Assembly: GCA_030583765.1 (NCBI GenBank)
Contig: CP129474.1
Location: forward strand, 73,709 to 137,708
Source: Minisyncoccota bacterium
GTDB taxonomy: Bacteria; Patescibacteriota; Minisyncoccia; 2-02-FULL-40-12; GWA2-44-9
Direction of reading: 5' to 3'
DNA length: 64,000 bases
Each line of letters opens with the position of its first letter. Position 1 is the stretch's first letter. The translations under genes were made by a program, and so were the position numbers. The notes below the pieces were generated by a model, which was not told the origin of the DNA, searched no databases, and saw only the letters and a program-made list of their open reading frames with translations. Positions 26,606 through 35,500 of this stretch are shown one piece after another.

Positions 26606-28447
26606 ATGCATGCACGTTTTAGCTTTGGTCTTGGAGTCCTTATCGTCACAATCCTTGGCGCATGGTTTATAGGTCTTGGAGAGATCCTCGACGCACGTCT
26701 TCAAGATGGCTTCCTGCAACCGCGCCTAGTGCGAGACCAAATCATCATTGTTGATATTGATGATGCGAGCCTTCGCGCACACGGACAGTGGCCATGGCCA
26801 CGCGCTTCGTTCGCTCAATTGATTCAGCGCCTCGGCAACGCGCGTATCATTGGTATCGATGTAAATTTTAAAGAACCGTCACGACTCGGCCCCCATGATG
26901 ACGCGACGCTCGCGCAAGCAATAGCAAGATCGTCTGCTTCAATTGTGGTCACGAGTGATATCGCGCCCGATGGCACTTTTGCCCCGCTCATTCCTGCCGT
27001 TACGAACGCGGATATAGGATTTGCAAACATCGCTGTTGACGCTGACGGTGTTGCACGACACGTGCGCACCCAACGAGGAGATGTGATGAGTTTTAGTGCG
27101 AAGATCGCCAACATTGCTGGCGCTCAACTCCTAGGTGATACGCAGCGCCTAGAGCGCATCTTTTTTGCTGGAGGCGAACAATCCTTCCCTCACGTGCGGG
27201 CGATCGATGTATTAAATGGCGTAACCGACCCCACCCTTTTTGCAAATAATATTGTGCTCATCGGGGCAACGGCCGCCGATCTGCAGGACACACACCCAAC
27301 ACCGTTTGGCGTCATGAGTGGCGTCACGATTCAAGCGCACACCGTTGAACAACTTCTCAATGGTGTGCGCGAGCGTCATTTCAATAATTGGACACCGCTC
27401 TTCATCGTTCTCGCATCTTGCGTGGGCGCATTCGTGATGCGCTATGCCCCCATGCGCATCAGTATTCCGAGCGTTATCGGCGCCTCATTTGCATACATAG
27501 GTATAGCATCGTTTCTTATGTCTCGCGCCGCAACATTACCCATCCTCTATCCAATTGTTGCTCTTGTTGGAGGCGCAAGTTATGGGCTTATCGCACGATA
27601 TCGTGCAACACATCAAGAGAAAAAATTCATTCAGGAGAGCTTCTCTCGATACCTTGCCCCAGCGGTCATTCAGCAAATCGTACGCAACCCGAGCATGCTA
27701 CGACTTGGCGGCTCACGCGCAACGCTTTCCATTCTTTTTTCTGACGTACGCGGATTCACCACGCTCTCAGAAACACTCACCCCAGAGCAGCTCACTGCAT
27801 TTCTTAATCGCTATCTGACGCGCATGACAACTATTATCTTAGAGCGACGTGGCGTCATTGATAAATATATCGGCGATGCAATTATGGCATTCTGGGGCGC
27901 ACCGCTTCCGTCCGAAACCCACGCTTATGACGCGGTGACCTCTGCGCTTGCGATGACCACCGCGCTCGACGCTTTTAATGCTGAGAGCGCCGAGCGCGGC
28001 GATCCACACATTGATATTGGCATTGGCATTAATACGGGAGACGTCACCGTGGGCAACATGGGCTCAGAACAACGCTTTGATTACACCGTCATGGGCGATG
28101 CCGTGAACCTTGCCTCTCGCCTTGAGAGTCTCACAAAAATGTATGGGGTACGCATTCTTATCACCGAGAAAACAAAACTCGCACTCGGAGATGACGCGGC
28201 GCAGATACCAATGCGTGACATTGATTGTGTACAGGTAAAAGGAAAAACCGAAGGTGTTACTATTTATGAAGTCATCCCCTCAGAACGTGTCTCCGTATGG
28301 GAATCTATCGCAACAGATTTCTCCGAACTACGTAGAGCATACGCACAAGGAGCATGGGACCTTGCGTGCACGCATGCAGAACGATTCTTTCCGCACACCA
28401 AACGATGGCCCAACAAAACTTCTCGCGGAACGGAGTGCTTACTTTAG
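26606..28447 (+). CDS. CHASE2 sensor-domain class III adenylate/guanylate cyclase
   Basis: N-terminal CHASE2 domain with TM helices. C-terminal ...FSDVRGFTTLSE...IGDAIMAFWGAP... is a class III cyclase catalytic domain. Confidence 0.8.
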   Translation: MHARFSFGLGVLIVTILGAWFIGLGEILDARLQDGFLQPRLVRDQIIIVDIDDASLRAHGQWPWPRASFAQLIQRLGNARIIGIDVNFKEPSRLGPHDDATLAQAIARSSASIVVTSDIAPDGTFAPLIPAVTNADIGFANIAVDADGVARHVRTQRGDVMSFSAKIANIAGAQLLGDTQRLERIFFAGGEQSFPHVRAIDVLNGVTDPTLFANNIVLIGATAADLQDTHPTPFGVMSGVTIQAHTVEQLLNGVRERHFNNWTPLFIVLASCVGAFVMRYAPMRISIPSVIGASFAYIGIASFLMSRAATLPILYPIVALVGGASYGLIARYRATHQEKKFIQESFSRYLAPAVIQQIVRNPSMLRLGGSRATLSILFSDVRGFTTLSETLTPEQLTAFLNRYLTRMTTIILERRGVIDKYIGDAIMAFWGAPLPSETHAYDAVTSALAMTTALDAFNAESAERGDPHIDIGIGINTGDVTVGNMGSEQRFDYTVMGDAVNLASRLESLTKMYGVRILITEKTKLALGDDAAQIPMRDIDCVQVKGKTEGVTIYEVIPSERVSVWESIATDFSELRRAYAQGAWDLACTHAERFFPHTKRWPNKTSRGTECLL

Positions 28448-28501
28448 AGAACATCCGCCGGATGTCATGGAACGGCGTCTATGAAATGAAGCATAAATAA
28501 T

Positions 28502-28710
28502 ATGCGTATCACCGTTCGCGTACAAACCGGTGCATCACGCACACAGATTACCATTCTTGAAGATGGGGACCTATCGCGTTGCCGTTCACGAGCACCCTGA
28601 AAAAGGAAAAGCAAATGAGGCGATCCGTAAAGCCCTCGCGGATCATTTCCATGTAGCGCCTTCGCGCATTTCTATTGTCGCAGGCACGCCGCCCGTACAA
28701 AGATTATAGA
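28502..28710 (+). pseudogene. DUF167 (YggU-like) gene with an apparent +1 frameshift in a G-run near 28555
   Basis: Frame 1 reads MRITVRVQTGASRTQITILEDGDLSRCRSRAP*. The next frame continues YRVAVHEHPEKGKANEAIRKALADHFHVAPSRISIVAGTPPVQRL*. Together they reconstruct a DUF167 protein. Confidence 0.5.
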
Positions 28711-28763
28711 AGTTGCATGAAGAAGCGCCCCGCATGATTGCGAGGGCGCTTGAGCAAGAACCT

Positions 28764-29075
28764 CTACGCAGCATACCCAGCTTCAGGGTGAGCGTTGAGA
28801 TAGCCCTTCGCAACGCGCGATGATCTCGTGCTGTTCTTGCGATGAGAGATCGCGCTTGTCTTTCTCGTGTGATATGACTGTCTTCTCTCTTTCCCAGCTG
28901 CGTCATAAAACACTTGCACAAGACGCAGATCTCCTTCAGAGCTTCGTACGCCCACCACGAGCTTGTACGCATTGTCTCCAAGAGTGAAACGATGCACACC
29001 TCCCGCATGCCATGTTTCTTTTTTTACTTCAAACTTTTTTCTGATTCCTGCATGCGCGCATCGTACAAAATAAAT
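28764..29075 (-). pseudogene. Remnant of a BrnT (DUF497)-like type II toxin gene with no N-terminus or start codon. A possible BrnA-like antitoxin C-terminal fragment lies in another frame at about 28779-28880.
   Basis: Reverse-strand frame ...TWHAGGVHRFTLGDNAYKLVVGVRSSEGDLRLVQVFYDAAGKERRQSY... matches the BrnT C-terminal pattern (ERRF.T.G...LLVVA.T.R..D.IR.ISAR.AT.KERR.Y). No in-frame start exists upstream; the frame instead runs into AT-rich sequence. Confidence 0.4.
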
Positions 29076-29247
29076 ATTTTTTGTCGAATATTTTTTCTGT
29101 GAAGTTATCCACTATTTTTTTATCACGAATGCGCGCGACGCGTATAATTATACATAAGAGTACGTTGCAACGTAGAACGCGTGACATGTACGGTGCAGAA
29201 ATTGTACGGTCGGTGTCATGCATTAGTACTCTAGAAGGAGGGATGAG

Positions 29248-29289
29248 ATGAAGTGTTGTGAATCTTACATCCACACATTTGATCTCTGA
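29248..29289 (+). CDS. 13-aa micro-ORF MKCCESYIHTFDL with a strong SD (AAGGAGGG)
   Basis: SD 5 nt upstream of the ATG. It lies in the AT-rich insertion. Function unknown. Confidence 0.25.
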   Translation: MKCCESYIHTFDL

Positions 29290-29305
29290 CTACTAAACGA
29301 TTCAT

Positions 29306-29383
29306 ATGGCAGCAAAAAAGAAAAAAGCAGCAAAGAAGAAAGTCGCAAAGAAAAAGGGCGGCGCCAAGAAGAAGCGCCTCTAA
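29306..29383 (+). CDS. 25-aa extremely lysine-rich micro-ORF MAAKKKKAAKKKVAKKKGGAKKKRL, immediately followed by a strong terminator
   Basis: Open frame read from the sequence with no clear SD. The terminator at 29394-29426 gives it a transcript-unit context. Confidence 0.3.
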   Translation: MAAKKKKAAKKKVAKKKGGAKKKRL

Positions 29384-29393
29384 TGGCCTTGCG

Positions 29394-29426
29394 AAAAATC
29401 CCCCATTTCGGGGGATTTTTCGTTTT
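29394..29426. terminator. Strong bidirectional rho-independent terminator AAAAATCCCCC-attt-CGGGGGATTTTT
   Basis: An 11-bp stem including flanking A/T, with a T-run and an A-run on both sides. It also serves the minus-strand gene ending at 29433. Confidence 0.8.
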
Positions 29427-29432
29427 ACAAGA

Positions 29433-30707
29433 CTAGAGATATTTGTCAGGAATTCGATACTGTTTCCAAATACGCAGCTTAGTGATAAAGCCCTGTGTTT
29501 CCGATGCTAATTCAGCAATCCAATCTTCTCCCTGCTTTGCCTCGCGTATAGCGCTCAATGCTCGCGCGGGCGGACCATTATATGCCGCTGCGAGATACTC
29601 CTCAAGGCGCGGGTCGGAAAGAATACTCTCTCCAAGATTCCGAATAAAGTACGCGAGATTCTCATCGTGTAAAAGTATTGCTGCTTTCATGCTGTTAAGA
29701 TGATCTGAAGCACCTTTCTCAAAATCAGGTTCCAAGAGTGCCTTCGGATACAATCGGCGAAGTTGCGTGTACGTTCCTGGTTGTGTGCGAATTTTATTAT
29801 CAGTAAATTGGAGCCACCCGCGAGCCCCAGCAGAACTTTCTGTATGCGCAAATGCACGCGCCCCGTTATATCCAAGTGTGCCCAGAATACGACGCGCTAC
29901 ATACTCTGCATCCACGAGCACCTCCAATAGATCTCCTTGCTCTAGAAATGGAATGCGTTGAAACACATCGACGGGAAGCACATCAACTACAAGCTTGCCT
30001 GGAACTGCGCGTGACTGCACGCCTTGCGCGCGCAAATCTTCCCGCGCTTTTGCAACAGTGTCTGCGATGTAGCGCGCGCCCGCTTCGAAAAACGCGCGGT
30101 CGCTCAACTCTTCCGTGTATGCGGTATAGAGCACTGGTTCAATGCGGACATCAGTAGCACGTCCAACGCGCACCGTCTCTGAGAGGGGGAATTTTGTCAT
30201 GATCACGACGCGGTGCTTCGGTTCTTCAACCACGAACTGCGTTGCCCAATAATTCCAAGCTATTCCATTTGCGCGCGGTGCAATGCTTATACGATATCCG
30301 TCTGGCGCCACTACATCAGCGCCGCGCTTTATCACTGGGATCACAGAAATTTCTCCGCTTTTTTTATCCAACACCGCGAGCGCCAACTGGCGCTCGACAT
30401 CGGTAAACTCTCTGTTTACTACAACAGGGCCACTGCCGTTATTTACAATGCGTTGCTCAGCATAGGTAAGAGGAAGCTCGCCAATAGAGATTGGAGCTTC
30501 TTTGAGCAGCTCCTCGGCGCGCATGAGGAGCGCACGCATATTGTCCGCATCTAAAGGGTATGTCGGGGAGAACACTCGATCAAAAGCGAGCGCACTCTGT
30601 ATATCAAAGGAGCGCACTCCAAGTGCATCCGGTTTTTGTAGAAACCAAACGACAGCGAAGAGACCAAACACCGTGCTTGCGGTGGCAATATTAAAAAATC
30701 GTCGCAT
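29433..30707 (-). CDS. Membrane-anchored extracytoplasmic hypothetical protein, 424 aa
   Basis: N-terminal TM helix MRRFFNIATASTVFGLFAVVWFL, then a large soluble domain. No confident family. Confidence 0.5.
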   Translation of the reverse strand: MRRFFNIATASTVFGLFAVVWFLQKPDALGVRSFDIQSALAFDRVFSPTYPLDADNMRALLMRAEELLKEAPISIGELPLTYAEQRIVNNGSGPVVVNREFTDVERQLALAVLDKKSGEISVIPVIKRGADVVAPDGYRISIAPRANGIAWNYWATQFVVEEPKHRVVIMTKFPLSETVRVGRATDVRIEPVLYTAYTEELSDRAFFEAGARYIADTVAKAREDLRAQGVQSRAVPGKLVVDVLPVDVFQRIPFLEQGDLLEVLVDAEYVARRILGTLGYNGARAFAHTESSAGARGWLQFTDNKIRTQPGTYTQLRRLYPKALLEPDFEKGASDHLNSMKAAILLHDENLAYFIRNLGESILSDPRLEEYLAAAYNGPPARALSAIREAKQGEDWIAELASETQGFITKLRIWKQYRIPDKYL

Positions 30708-30710
30708 ACA

Positions 30711-32039
30711 TTATTCTCCTAAGTTTTCTTCAATCGTAGCAGCTTTCTTTTGAATAGCATTTGCGTATGAGTTACATGAACTAGAGGAGCATTTAGAATT
30801 TCCACTATAGTATGCTTTTGAAGCCGCAACTTCACTTGCCCGGGTCTGTGCCGTCGCCCCACCTCGCGCAAGTTTGACTGCCGCCGCCATAAACGCATCT
30901 TCAATGTTCCATGGATTTGCAGGCGAGCGCCCCACAAGACGCGCCACCTCTTCTGCATACGCCACCCACGTGGAAGGAATGAACTGCGCCGGCCCCATAG
31001 CGCCACCCCAGCCTAATTGCCGACCATTAACAATCTGTGGGCATGATACGGGCGTGTTATTCGGATCAAGACCCAGCTGCGCCGTTACCGCAAGAAATGG
31101 CTTATGATCTCGTGTATGCATGATCGCTTCCCACTTCTTTGATGCGGGGTCATCAGCACGATTGCAGCGTCCGACATTTCGCCCAAGGCCAGATTCAACT
31201 TCTAGCACGGCAATGAGATATGCCGGACGAATGCCAGCGCGCCGTGCCGCAAGTTGCCCAAACTTTACCGCATCTTCAGCGGTCACACCATTCTGTTGCA
31301 AATAGGTAATCTGATCACGGATACGCTCAAGATCAAGTTTTTTCTGGCGTACCAATTCTTGGTACTTAGATTCTTGTCCTTTCGTCTCGCGCAACACGCG
31401 ATCTTTTTGCGCCTTGGTCGTGTCAATCATGCGCTTCTCTATCTCTTGAATACTCTTGAGACGCTCAAGCTCCTCTTTCTTTTCCTCAAGAGACATCTTC
31501 TTTTCCTCAAGGCCAGTTTTTAGTTCTCGAATACTCGCAATAGCCGACCGTAGACTATCTTGCGTTGTCTGCACATTATTGAGATCACTAAAGAAATCCG
31601 AGAGCGTGTCATTATTAAGCAGCACTTCAGTAAGTGAGAGCTTATCAAGCTCATAGGCATATTGCACATATTTACCGAGTGCACCCTTGTGTTTCTGTAA
31701 TTCTGTTTCGGCTTCTGAAATATTGTCTGACGTGCCACGAATATCAATAGTAGTCCGCTCGATAGAAAGATTGAGGCTCCGGATTTCTAGATTAAGTTGG
31801 TTGATCTGACCATTCAGGCGATTTATTTCTCCTTGAAGCGTTGAGGCCTTTCCCCTGTTTGCATCAACTTGTGCCTGCAACTCATTAATCTGTCGCTGGA
31901 TCTCTTCAATCTGACGCGTGCGCTCCGCAATTTCATCAGCAACCGCAGCAGACGCCGATTGAATAGCAAAAACACCCCCACAGAGAGAAAAGAGGAGTAC
32001 GAATACGCCGATGGATAAACGATAAAATGATTTCACCAT
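30711..32039 (-). CDS. Coiled-coil protein with a C-terminal lytic transglycosylase (SLT-like) domain
   Basis: Signal peptide, long heptad coiled coil (IEEIQRQINELQAQVDANRGKASTLQGEINRLNGQINQLNLEIRSLNLSIERT...), then ...AYLIAVLEVESGLGRNVG..., the E-S-G catalytic motif of SLT-family transglycosylases. Confidence 0.65.
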   Translation of the reverse strand: MVKSFYRLSIGVFVLLFSLCGGVFAIQSASAAVADEIAERTRQIEEIQRQINELQAQVDANRGKASTLQGEINRLNGQINQLNLEIRSLNLSIERTTIDIRGTSDNISEAETELQKHKGALGKYVQYAYELDKLSLTEVLLNNDTLSDFFSDLNNVQTTQDSLRSAIASIRELKTGLEEKKMSLEEKKEELERLKSIQEIEKRMIDTTKAQKDRVLRETKGQESKYQELVRQKKLDLERIRDQITYLQQNGVTAEDAVKFGQLAARRAGIRPAYLIAVLEVESGLGRNVGRCNRADDPASKKWEAIMHTRDHKPFLAVTAQLGLDPNNTPVSCPQIVNGRQLGWGGAMGPAQFIPSTWVAYAEEVARLVGRSPANPWNIEDAFMAAAVKLARGGATAQTRASEVAASKAYYSGNSKCSSSSCNSYANAIQKKAATIEENLGE

Positions 32040-32048
32040 GTAAGAACG

Positions 32049-32531
32049 CTACTGCACACGGATAACTCCCTTAAACGCACTGCTGGGGTTCGTGTGGTTG
32101 TGGAAAGAGCATGTTTGCGCTCTCGGGAATGTCACTGAGTATGTTTCGCCAATTGCCATGCGCTTATCGGCATCAAAAAATGGACACAGCGTATGAGACG
32201 GATGCGGATCTGATGCTGGCCATGCGCCTTCGGCGCTCTCATTCACGAATGTTACGGAATCACCCGGACGAATCGTGAGCTCCTGTGGCGAGACTCCGGA
32301 TGAGCGGATGGTAATAGTATAATTCTTACTCGCCTCTGGCGTGGCGCTCTGAGCTGGCGACGTTGACGTAGGAGAAGCGCTCGTTGGGGAAGGAGTAACA
32401 CTCACCGAGGGCGACACTTCGGGTGGTGTAGGCGTTGGAGAAATAATGGAGCTTAGTTGCTGATCCTCAGGCCATAGCCACGCACCAACGATAACGCCTA
32501 AGAGAACAAAGAATAAGATGCCCAGTGATTT
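32049..32531 (-). CDS. Secreted cupredoxin-like (plastocyanin fold-like) protein with a Pro/Ser/Thr-rich linker
   Basis: MKSLGILFFVLLGVIVGAWLW is a signal. The PTPTPPEVSPSVSVTPSPTSASPTSTSP linker follows, then ...YTITIRSSGVSPQELTIRPGDSVTFVN...HTLCPFFD...FHNHTNP. Confidence 0.45.
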   Translation of the reverse strand, partial: KSLGILFFVLLGVIVGAWLWPEDQQLSSIISPTPTPPEVSPSVSVTPSPTSASPTSTSPAQSATPEASKNYTITIRSSGVSPQELTIRPGDSVTFVNESAEGAWPASDPHPSHTLCPFFDADKRMAIGETYSVTFPRAQTCSFHNHTNPSSAFKGVIRVQ

Positions 32532-32626
32532 CATAGCACCATGATACAAGATGACCTCAGAATCGCAACGGAGCTTATAGACATTCCTTAAAAAAACAAA
32601 GCAAAAAAAGGGATATAATAGAGTAT

Positions 32627-33370
32627 ATGCGCACACTGCACGTCTTTTTATCAGTTTTTGCAAGCTCTCTTGCCTTCCTGCTACTACCACAGAACGCTTA
32701 TGCCGCGTGTACGCTTACAAGCGCGTCGTGGAGCCAAACAAACGTAGTGCCCGGCAATGGACAACAGGTTAATATGCAGGTGTTTGGCAATGACTGTACA
32801 AACACCGTTGTACATATAGAAGTTTATAGCGGCTCTCAAAAGGTTAATACGACCTATACGGCCATATTCCCAAGCGATGGCCGAGCATCGACAGAAGCTC
32901 CCTTTGCTTTAAGTGATGCAATATGGAACCAGCTTGGTGGTGGGGAGAATCCGTCGATCGCATTATCCTTTAAAGTAAGAGTTGGCAATCAGACGCCATC
33001 TGTGCAATCCTCGCCACTCTCGTTCCAAAAACCGTTTTTGGCAATAACTCCAGCCCCTTCGTCCACAGCATCGCCAGCACCTATCACCACCGATAAAACG
33101 CTCGGGGGCATGATCGCACAGGTCTATGAGTGGGCCATATTACTTCTTGGCGCCATTATGTTCTTTATGATTGTAAAGAGTGGCTTTACGATCCTTATGA
33201 ATGCCGACAACCCAAGCGCAGTCACAAAAGCACGCAGCGACATTCAAGATGTCTTCGTCGGTGCACTGTTCCTTCTCGCCGCATACGCAATTCTCAAAAC
33301 TATTAATCCTGATCTGGTTAATTTCCAGCAGAACCTTCCTCCCCTTCCGACGCCTACGCCAAGATCATGA
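32627..33370 (+). CDS. Secreted protein with an N-terminal signal peptide and two C-terminal hydrophobic helices (pilin/VirB2-like topology)
   Basis: MRTLHVFLSVFASSLAFLLLPQNAYA is the signal. The C-terminus has ...EWAILLLGAIMFFMIVKSGFTILM...VFVGALFLLAAYAILKTI. Confidence 0.45.
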   Translation: MRTLHVFLSVFASSLAFLLLPQNAYAACTLTSASWSQTNVVPGNGQQVNMQVFGNDCTNTVVHIEVYSGSQKVNTTYTAIFPSDGRASTEAPFALSDAIWNQLGGGENPSIALSFKVRVGNQTPSVQSSPLSFQKPFLAITPAPSSTASPAPITTDKTLGGMIAQVYEWAILLLGAIMFFMIVKSGFTILMNADNPSAVTKARSDIQDVFVGALFLLAAYAILKTINPDLVNFQQNLPPLPTPTPRS

Positions 33371-33822
33371 TGTACCTGATTCTCCTTGTGGGGGCGCTCG
33401 TGGGCATTTTCTCTCTTTCATTAGGGCAGCTTCCTTTTCCTGATCAAATTTCTTCGCTCCGAAGCCAGCTTATAGATGCCGTTATTCCTAAAACGCAAAA
33501 TGAGATTCTGATTGAGAATCTTGCGCCGCACCAAGAAGCCCTCCGCACTTTTTTTGCAGAGCAAGCCCCCTTACTCCTTCAGTCAAAGAATTTAAGTGCC
33601 GTGGAGCGTACAACGCTTCAAAAAGCGGTAGAGCAGTTTCAAAATTCTGACGCCGTCATTCAATCGCTTCAAGAATCAATTTCTGAACGATCGCCAACAC
33701 AAATACTTTTAGACCGCATAGGCACGACAAGCTCTCAGCAATCCACGCCGGCCGCGAGCGCGCTCCCAAGTAGCACGCCACAACTCACCCCGTCTCCCAA
33801 TTGTGAAGTAATCTGCAAATAA
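33367..33822 (+). CDS. Hypothetical membrane-anchored protein, 151 aa
   Basis: ORF with an N-terminal TM helix. Its start overlaps the stop of the previous gene. Confidence 0.45.
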   Translation: MMYLILLVGALVGIFSLSLGQLPFPDQISSLRSQLIDAVIPKTQNEILIENLAPHQEALRTFFAEQAPLLLQSKNLSAVERTTLQKAVEQFQNSDAVIQSLQESISERSPTQILLDRIGTTSSQQSTPAASALPSSTPQLTPSPNCEVICK

Positions 33823-33872
33823 CAACCGGCATAAGCCGGTTGTTCTATCGCTATACATGAGAAGCACGGACC

Positions 33873-34637
33873 TTATTTATCAGCCAGTATCTGCTCAATA
33901 GCCGCTTGAAACGTCTCGTATGGTTGTGCTCCCACCAATAGATTGCCGTTGATGAAGAAGCTTGGAGTTCCCGAGACGCCGGATGCGACTCCATCTTTGA
34001 GATCCTTCGCAATCTCTTCGTTATATTTCCCGCTATCTAAACAGGCGTTAAATTCATTCTGCTTAAGCCCAATTTTACCAGCCCAGCGCTTAAGGTCGTC
34101 GCTAGAGAATGAGACCGTCCCCACGCCTTTAGCATCCTGCTCGGCAAAGATAATATCGTGCATCTCCCAGAACTTGCCCTGCTCTTCCGCACACTCACTT
34201 GCGTGAGCTGCTGGAATTGCCGCGGGATGACTCGAGAGAGGAAAATCGCGGAACACAAGACGTACCTTGCCTGTTTCTATGAAATCCTTTTTGAGACGTG
34301 GGTAGGTTTCACGCCAAAACGCACGACAGAATGGACACTGATAATCACTAAATTCGATGATGGTCACGGGCGCCTTGGTGTCTCCTAAAATTGCATCGTC
34401 ATCAACCGATACCTTTGCAGTACGCGGAGAGCCGTCTGCAGGCTGGCGCATATTAGTCCAAATCACCGCACCCGCCACGAGAACACCGGCAAATACAATG
34501 GCTCCGGCGAGAATAAGCTTGTTCACGTCCAAAGGAGGGCGCCCACCCGTAGCATCATGAAAAAAGGGCGCTGGCGCATGCGGTTCGCTGTGCGATTGGG
34601 CTTCGTGGGATTGTGGGTCAATGTGATTCATAGTCAA
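33873..34637 (-). CDS. DsbA-like thiol:disulfide oxidoreductase (CPFC active site), membrane-anchored
   Basis: ...VTIIEFSDYQCPFCRAFW... is a thioredoxin fold with a CxxC. Confidence 0.8.
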   Translation of the reverse strand: MTMNHIDPQSHEAQSHSEPHAPAPFFHDATGGRPPLDVNKLILAGAIVFAGVLVAGAVIWTNMRQPADGSPRTAKVSVDDDAILGDTKAPVTIIEFSDYQCPFCRAFWRETYPRLKKDFIETGKVRLVFRDFPLSSHPAAIPAAHASECAEEQGKFWEMHDIIFAEQDAKGVGTVSFSSDDLKRWAGKIGLKQNEFNACLDSGKYNEEIAKDLKDGVASGVSGTPSFFINGNLLVGAQPYETFQAAIEQILADK

Positions 34638-34642
34638 TGTAG

Positions 34643-35494
34643 TTATTTCTTTTTAGCGATATACTGCGTAAAAAGACTTTTTGTTTTATGCTCCGGCTCA
34701 AAATCGTAGAATGTATGCTCGATAGTGAAATATTCACTCAGCAATGATGCCATTTCTTCCGGGAACAGTGGGAAGATATCGAGCTTGCTCCATATCTTCT
34801 TTTCTGTGTCATAGAAATGCATGACAACAAGGCTGTCGCTCACATACGCGGGAAAGGTCACCACGTGACTCTGGAACCCATGGTAGTAGGTCGAAGGGTC
34901 AATGACCACTTCTCCGGCACGTTCCGGCTCATGCATGAGAAGCGCAAGGTGGCTATAGTTACGAAGATCAATGAAGATGTGCCCACCCGGTTTTATGAGA
35001 GATGTGAGTCGACGAATAACACTTTTCTGGAGAGCTCGCGTATGCGCGAGCGTCCCACCACCCACATAGGACAAAGAAGTGCCAGTCAGAATGCCGAACT
35101 CAAAAGATTCCGGCGCATACGGAGGAATCCCTTCTGGTAGATCAAGCCAATTCGCTTGATGTAGCTCAACTTTCTGTCCCCTTTCTTCAAAGAGTCCGCG
35201 GGCGCGACTCAAAAAGGAATCTTGCACGTCGTTTCCAGCGACACGCTCAAGCGTATGCCCGTTCTCGGCAAGTTTTGTAAGAAGCGCAGAGAGTGTCACT
35301 CCACTCCCCACGCCGAAGTCGATGACCGAACGAATACCGTGCTCTCGTATGAAGGTGGCGAAGAAATGAGTCTCTACGTCACTGACGCCCGCTTTGAACT
35401 GAGGGTGCATGTCTCGCTCCCAACTCACAAACGTGAAGTCAGCAAACTCTTGGATTGGTCGTGCAACGCTGGGAATGCTCGTGAGCTTTTCCAT
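34643..35494 (-). CDS. Class I SAM-dependent methyltransferase
   Basis: ...VIDFGVGSGVTLSAL... is a glycine-rich motif I. An acidic motif II follows. Confidence 0.7.
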   Translation of the reverse strand: MEKLTSIPSVARPIQEFADFTFVSWERDMHPQFKAGVSDVETHFFATFIREHGIRSVIDFGVGSGVTLSALLTKLAENGHTLERVAGNDVQDSFLSRARGLFEERGQKVELHQANWLDLPEGIPPYAPESFEFGILTGTSLSYVGGGTLAHTRALQKSVIRRLTSLIKPGGHIFIDLRNYSHLALLMHEPERAGEVVIDPSTYYHGFQSHVVTFPAYVSDSLVVMHFYDTEKKIWSKLDIFPLFPEEMASLLSEYFTIEHTFYDFEPEHKTKSLFTQYIAKKK

Positions 35495-35500
35495 GAGTGG

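Noticed and set aside
28764-28997. The MHRFTLGDNAYK... 77-aa ORF taken at face value as a gene
   Set aside because: The Met is internal to a BrnT-like alignment. The homologous frame continues upstream without a start, so it is a gene remnant.
28643-29008. 121-aa minus-strand ORF
   Set aside because: Its 3' half is antisense to the DUF167 gene and its 5' half is a frame-shifted read of the BrnT-like remnant.
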